The translations under genes were made by a program, and so were the position numbers. This document shows, one piece after another, positions 9,044 through 11,845 of a DNA stretch of 11,845 nt (positions are counted from its first letter, which is position 1; every line of letters begins with the position of its first letter). The notes below the pieces were generated by a model that saw nothing but the letters and a program-made list of their open reading frames with translations, was not told where the DNA came from and ran no database searches. The DNA comes from an uncultured Candidatus Poseidoniales archaeon (lineage in GTDB: Archaea > Thermoplasmatota > Poseidoniia > Poseidoniales > Thalassarchaeaceae): the NCBI GenBank assembly GCA_964645485.1, contig CAZXZO010000018.1, forward strand, positions 5,778-17,622. The letters run 5' to 3'.

Positions 9044-9152
9044 AAGTTTGTTTGTTTTTGATTTTATGAAACGTACGTTTGGTAGAAGTAACCCCCGTTC
9101 AAATGTTGTTCATGCGACGTTAGCAACGCTTTACAAAACATAAAAACCCAAA
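9044..9152. terminator. Possible bidirectional archaeal T-tract termination zone
   Basis: T-rich run on + (gtttgtttgtttttgatttt) after the kinase gene; T-rich run on - (complement of tttacaaaacataaaaacccaaaa) after the acetyltransferase gene. Confidence 0.35.
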
Positions 9153-9245
9153 ATTCGCCTTAAATCACAAGTGGGCACACCGTTCAGTGACGACTATACT
9201 TAGTGTAGAAAGTAAATCATTAACTGAACCTAAGGTGGCTTGAGA

Positions 9246-9701
9246 TTACATCTTACGGGCGGGATTACCTGCATAAGTACCCGGTTCTGTGATGTCTTTT
9301 GTGACTACACTTCCTGCTCCAATCACAACATCATCACAGATGGTGACTGGCATAATGGTGGCATTCGTGCCGATTGAAACGCGGTCCCCGATAATAGTTT
9401 CAGCCCATTGAGATTGGTCTCCTCTTGCTGGGCCGCCTATTCGGAATGGGTCGTTGATGAACATCGCACCGTGACTGATGAAGCAATCTTCCCCAATTGT
9501 CACAAGTTCGCAAATGAAAGCGTGGCTCTGCACACGCGTGCGGGCGCCGATTACCACTCTGCGCTGAATTTCTACGAAGGGGCCGATGAATACGTTATCA
9601 GCAATTTTACAACCATAGATATTGGCTGGTTCAATGACTGTGACACCATCTCCAAACTCTACATCCACGATCCCGGATTGTATGCGGCGTGGTTCTCCCA
9701 T
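9246..9701 (-). CDS. Hexapeptide-repeat (left-handed beta-helix) sugar N-acetyltransferase, WxcM/FdtC/WbpD-like
   Basis: Hexapeptide repeats (NVFIGPFVEI, VTIGEDCFISHG, IIGDRVSIGTNATI), MFINDP, VIGAGSVVTKD, YAGNPAR. Confidence 0.9.
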   Translation of the reverse strand: MGEPRRIQSGIVDVEFGDGVTVIEPANIYGCKIADNVFIGPFVEIQRRVVIGARTRVQSHAFICELVTIGEDCFISHGAMFINDPFRIGGPARGDQSQWAETIIGDRVSIGTNATIMPVTICDDVVIGAGSVVTKDITEPGTYAGNPARKM

Positions 9702-9786
9702 GTGTAGCCCCTCGGGCGACTAACACTTCAACGCCACGCCCGAAACATTGACCGTGAAGAGGTAATAGCACAAGTTGGGGCTTCTC

Positions 9787-10317
9787 GTGGGAATTGAAAT
9801 TGAGCGAAAATTTTTGGTCGAAGATTCAACCACATTACCTCCACTAGGAGAAGGTGTGCGGATGATACAATGCTATCTCCCTTCAGAGGATTGGTTGAAT
9901 TTTTGGCCAGGTGAAATGGGTAAATTAGAAGAGGTGTTGGCTGACCCGCTCTCTGCATATCGAATTAGAGTACATGGAAATACAGCTATTGCAACAGCAA
10001 AAAGCCACTCTGATGGCCCAACGCGGTTAGAATTTGAGATGAAAATACCATTAGATTCAGTTCTTGAAATTATTAATACTAGGCAATACCCAAGTGTTGA
10101 AAAAACACGCTATAAAATCCCCTCAAATGATGATTTGTTTTGGGAAATTGATTTCTTTGAAGGAAAAAATTCAGGATTAATCATCGCTGAAATCGAAATG
10201 CCAGCGCCTGATTATTCTATCACTTTACCAAATTGGATTGGCCGGGAACTTACTGGACAAGATGATGTGTGGTCAAACTTCGCGCTTGCAAAACGGCCAG
10301 GTCCCAATCACGGTTGA
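9787..10317 (+). CDS. CYTH domain protein (triphosphate tunnel metalloenzyme)
   Basis: EIERKF (EXEXK), YRIR, ATAK, RLEFE, VEKTRY, WEIDFF, IIAEIE, WIGRELT. GTG at 9787 preferred over TTG at 9775; 10-bp convergent overlap with the DegT gene. Confidence 0.92.
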   Translation: MGIEIERKFLVEDSTTLPPLGEGVRMIQCYLPSEDWLNFWPGEMGKLEEVLADPLSAYRIRVHGNTAIATAKSHSDGPTRLEFEMKIPLDSVLEIINTRQYPSVEKTRYKIPSNDDLFWEIDFFEGKNSGLIIAEIEMPAPDYSITLPNWIGRELTGQDDVWSNFALAKRPGPNHG

Positions 10318-11402
10318 AATGACTTGACTGCTGAAATTACCTGCTCGACTTCAGCATCTGTAAGGTGTGGATGAACTGGAATAGAGACGACACTTTCACA
10401 AATTGCTTCGGTAGTTGGTAATGCTCCTTGCTGGTGTTGGGTGTGCCCCTCATACAAGGGTTGGAGATGACACGGTATTGGGTAGTGAATGCCCGTGGAA
10501 ACGCCCTGCTCATCCATGTGTGTCTGGAAATCATCTCGTCTATCAACTCGTAAAACATACTGGTGCCAAGCATGTAACGCACCTTCACGAATTGCTGGGG
10601 GGTTAGTCCAATCAAGGGAAGAAAATGCCTCATTATATCGGGCCGCGATTTCGTTACGTCTTGCTACCCAGTCATCCAAGTGTTTGAGTTGGACTCTACC
10701 TACTGCACATTGCATTTCTGAAAGACGGAAATTAGAGCCGAGGAAATCGTGGCGATATTTGTCTAAGCGGCCATGGTCGATCGCCATTCCTATTTTATCT
10801 GCTAAATCTTCACGGTTTGCTAAAATTGAGCCACCGTCTCCACCTACAGCCATGTTTTTACTTGGGAAAAAGGAAAATGTTGCTAAATCTCCTATGCTTC
10901 CAATTCTCTGACCGTTCAATTCCGCACCATGTGCTTGGGCCGAATCTTCAATCAAGGGAATGTTGTGGTTCTTGGCAATTTCGAAAACTTTTGGTGAAAT
11001 TGGTTGACCATACAAGTGGACTGCGATGATGGCTTTTGTTGAACCTGTTATCGCCGCTTCTACAGCATCAGGACAAAGGGTGTGATATTCTTCTTCAACA
11101 TCTACGAAAACAGGAGTTGCGCCAACTTGGTCAATACAAGTAGCACTAGCAATGAATGTGTGTGATGGGACGATTACTTCATCTCCATGACCTACATCAA
11201 GTAGCCGAAGGGCGGCGATTAATGCTGTTGAGCCGTTTGAGCAAGGGGTTCCTGCAAGTGCGCCACAGTAAGCCGCCCATTCTGCTCCAAATGCTTTAGA
11301 ATGTGGGCCTTTAATCCATCTACCTGAATCAAGAACCTCGCTTACGACCTCTCTCATTTCATCATCGATGAACATTCGACCAAGTGGAATATTGTCTCCC
11401 AA
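10308..11402 (-). CDS. DegT/DnrJ/EryC1/StrS family PLP-dependent sugar aminotransferase (WbpE-like candidate)
   Basis: SNGSTAL, AVHLYGQP, IEDSAQAHG, FSFFPSKNMAVGGDGG (PLP lysine), GSNFRLSE, GIHYPIP; TTG start with AGGTGAGG SD. Confidence 0.95.
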   Translation of the reverse strand: MGDNIPLGRMFIDDEMREVVSEVLDSGRWIKGPHSKAFGAEWAAYCGALAGTPCSNGSTALIAALRLLDVGHGDEVIVPSHTFIASATCIDQVGATPVFVDVEEEYHTLCPDAVEAAITGSTKAIIAVHLYGQPISPKVFEIAKNHNIPLIEDSAQAHGAELNGQRIGSIGDLATFSFFPSKNMAVGGDGGSILANREDLADKIGMAIDHGRLDKYRHDFLGSNFRLSEMQCAVGRVQLKHLDDWVARRNEIAARYNEAFSSLDWTNPPAIREGALHAWHQYVLRVDRRDDFQTHMDEQGVSTGIHYPIPCHLQPLYEGHTQHQQGALPTTEAICESVVSIPVHPHLTDAEVEQVISAVKSFQP

Positions 11403-11404
11403 TG

Positions 11405-11412
11405 CCTCACCT
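11405..11412 (-). promoter_or_regulatory. Putative Shine-Dalgarno AGGTGAGG of the DegT gene
   Basis: CCTCACCT on + strand just upstream of the TTG start; complementary to the archaeal 16S 3' end. Confidence 0.55.
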
Positions 11413-11489
11413 TCTGAGATGCGCGGGTGGGTATTTCATACTTGAGTGAGGCGGATTACAGACTCTAGCACGCGCTAGAAATATGCATA

Positions 11490-11544
11490 ACTGTTGAATT
11501 GAAATCAAACAGTTACCCCGTTCACCTTACGCAGGGGTTGCCAA
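11490..11544 (+). repeat. 55-bp repeat, copy 1 (diverged)
   Basis: ACTGTTGAATTGAAATCAAACAGTTACCCCGTTCACCTTACGCAGGGGTTGCCAA; 46/55 identical to copies 2 and 3, ungapped. Confidence 0.92.
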
Positions 11545-11686
11545 CGCCCGCCGCGAGCGCAGCGGCGTGCGACATTGCGGCTTCGCCGTGATTATAAGGA
11601 AAAAAAAGATTGAAATGTTTGGGTTTCGATAAACATAGAAATTACTGCAACTCAAATTGTTCTAACCAAAAAAGTCAATCCGCTTT

Positions 11687-11741
11687 ACCGTTGATTTGAA
11701 ATCAAATTGTTACTGCGTTCAACCTAAGCAGGGGTTGCCAA
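11687..11741 (+). repeat. 55-bp repeat, copy 2
   Basis: ACCGTTGATTTGAAATCAAATTGTTACTGCGTTCAACCTAAGCAGGGGTTGCCAA; identical to copy 3. Confidence 0.97.
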
Positions 11742-11790
11742 ATTAGTCTCGGCCAGCAAGCCCTCCGGGCATCCCCAACCAGTTGTTTCA

Positions 11791-11845
11791 ACCGTTGATT
11801 TGAAATCAAATTGTTACTGCGTTCAACCTAAGCAGGGGTTGCCAA
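11791..11845 (+). repeat. 55-bp repeat, copy 3 (ends exactly at the window edge)
   Basis: 55/55 identical to copy 2, with a 49-bp unique spacer between them. Confidence 0.95.

Noticed and set aside
7042-11029. Short alternative ORFs within the GT, kinase, acetyltransferase, CYTH and DegT genes
   Set aside because: Antisense or out-of-frame overlaps of confident genes with no motifs.
11525-11560. Resemblance to Vibrio VCR/attC ends (CCTAAG..GG..CAACGC, AACGCCCGCC)
   Set aside because: No complementary R'/L' arm (GGCGGGCGTT) downstream, no cassette ORFs between repeats and no integrase; likely chance.
11691-11720. Xer dif site
   Set aside because: The dyad has a 1-nt centre, not the 11-6-11 dif layout, and dif is normally single-copy.
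11490-11845. Canonical CRISPR array
   Set aside because: Repeat of 55 bp and spacers of 142 and 49 bp are outside the usual regular pattern; only three copies; no cas genes in the window. Kept as an unexplained array.
1-11845. tRNA, rRNA or transposase genes
   Set aside because: No cloverleaf/T-loop consensus in the intergenic gaps and no transposase-like ORF seen.

Overview
This is an archaeal chromosomal window, inferred to be Thermoplasmatota and probably Marine Group II / Ca. Poseidoniales-like. That call rests on a group II chaperonin, a PINA-type ATPase, AGGTG(G/A)G ribosome-binding sites and compact genes. Left part: a cut-off membrane-protein gene end, then minus-strand genes for a 4-TM hypothetical protein, bacterial-type bifunctional purH, a divergent thermosome subunit, a PINA-like ATPase-KH protein lacking its PIN nuclease domain, and a small membrane protein. 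Right part: an amino-sugar/glycosylation cluster (Gfo/Idh/MocA oxidoreductase, hexapeptide N-acetyltransferase, DegT aminotransferase, a WbpB/D/E-like triad), interleaved with plus-strand GT4, APH/ThrB-II-like kinase and CYTH genes. The last ~440 bp are non-coding. They hold three direct copies of a 55-bp unit (11490-11544, 11687-11741, 11791-11845), each with a 15-bp dyad and an AGGGGT G-string, separated by unique spacers with GC hairpins and an AT-rich tract. This array runs to the window edge and is the most unusual element (candidate replication origin or novel array). No tRNA, rRNA, transposase or cas genes are visible.
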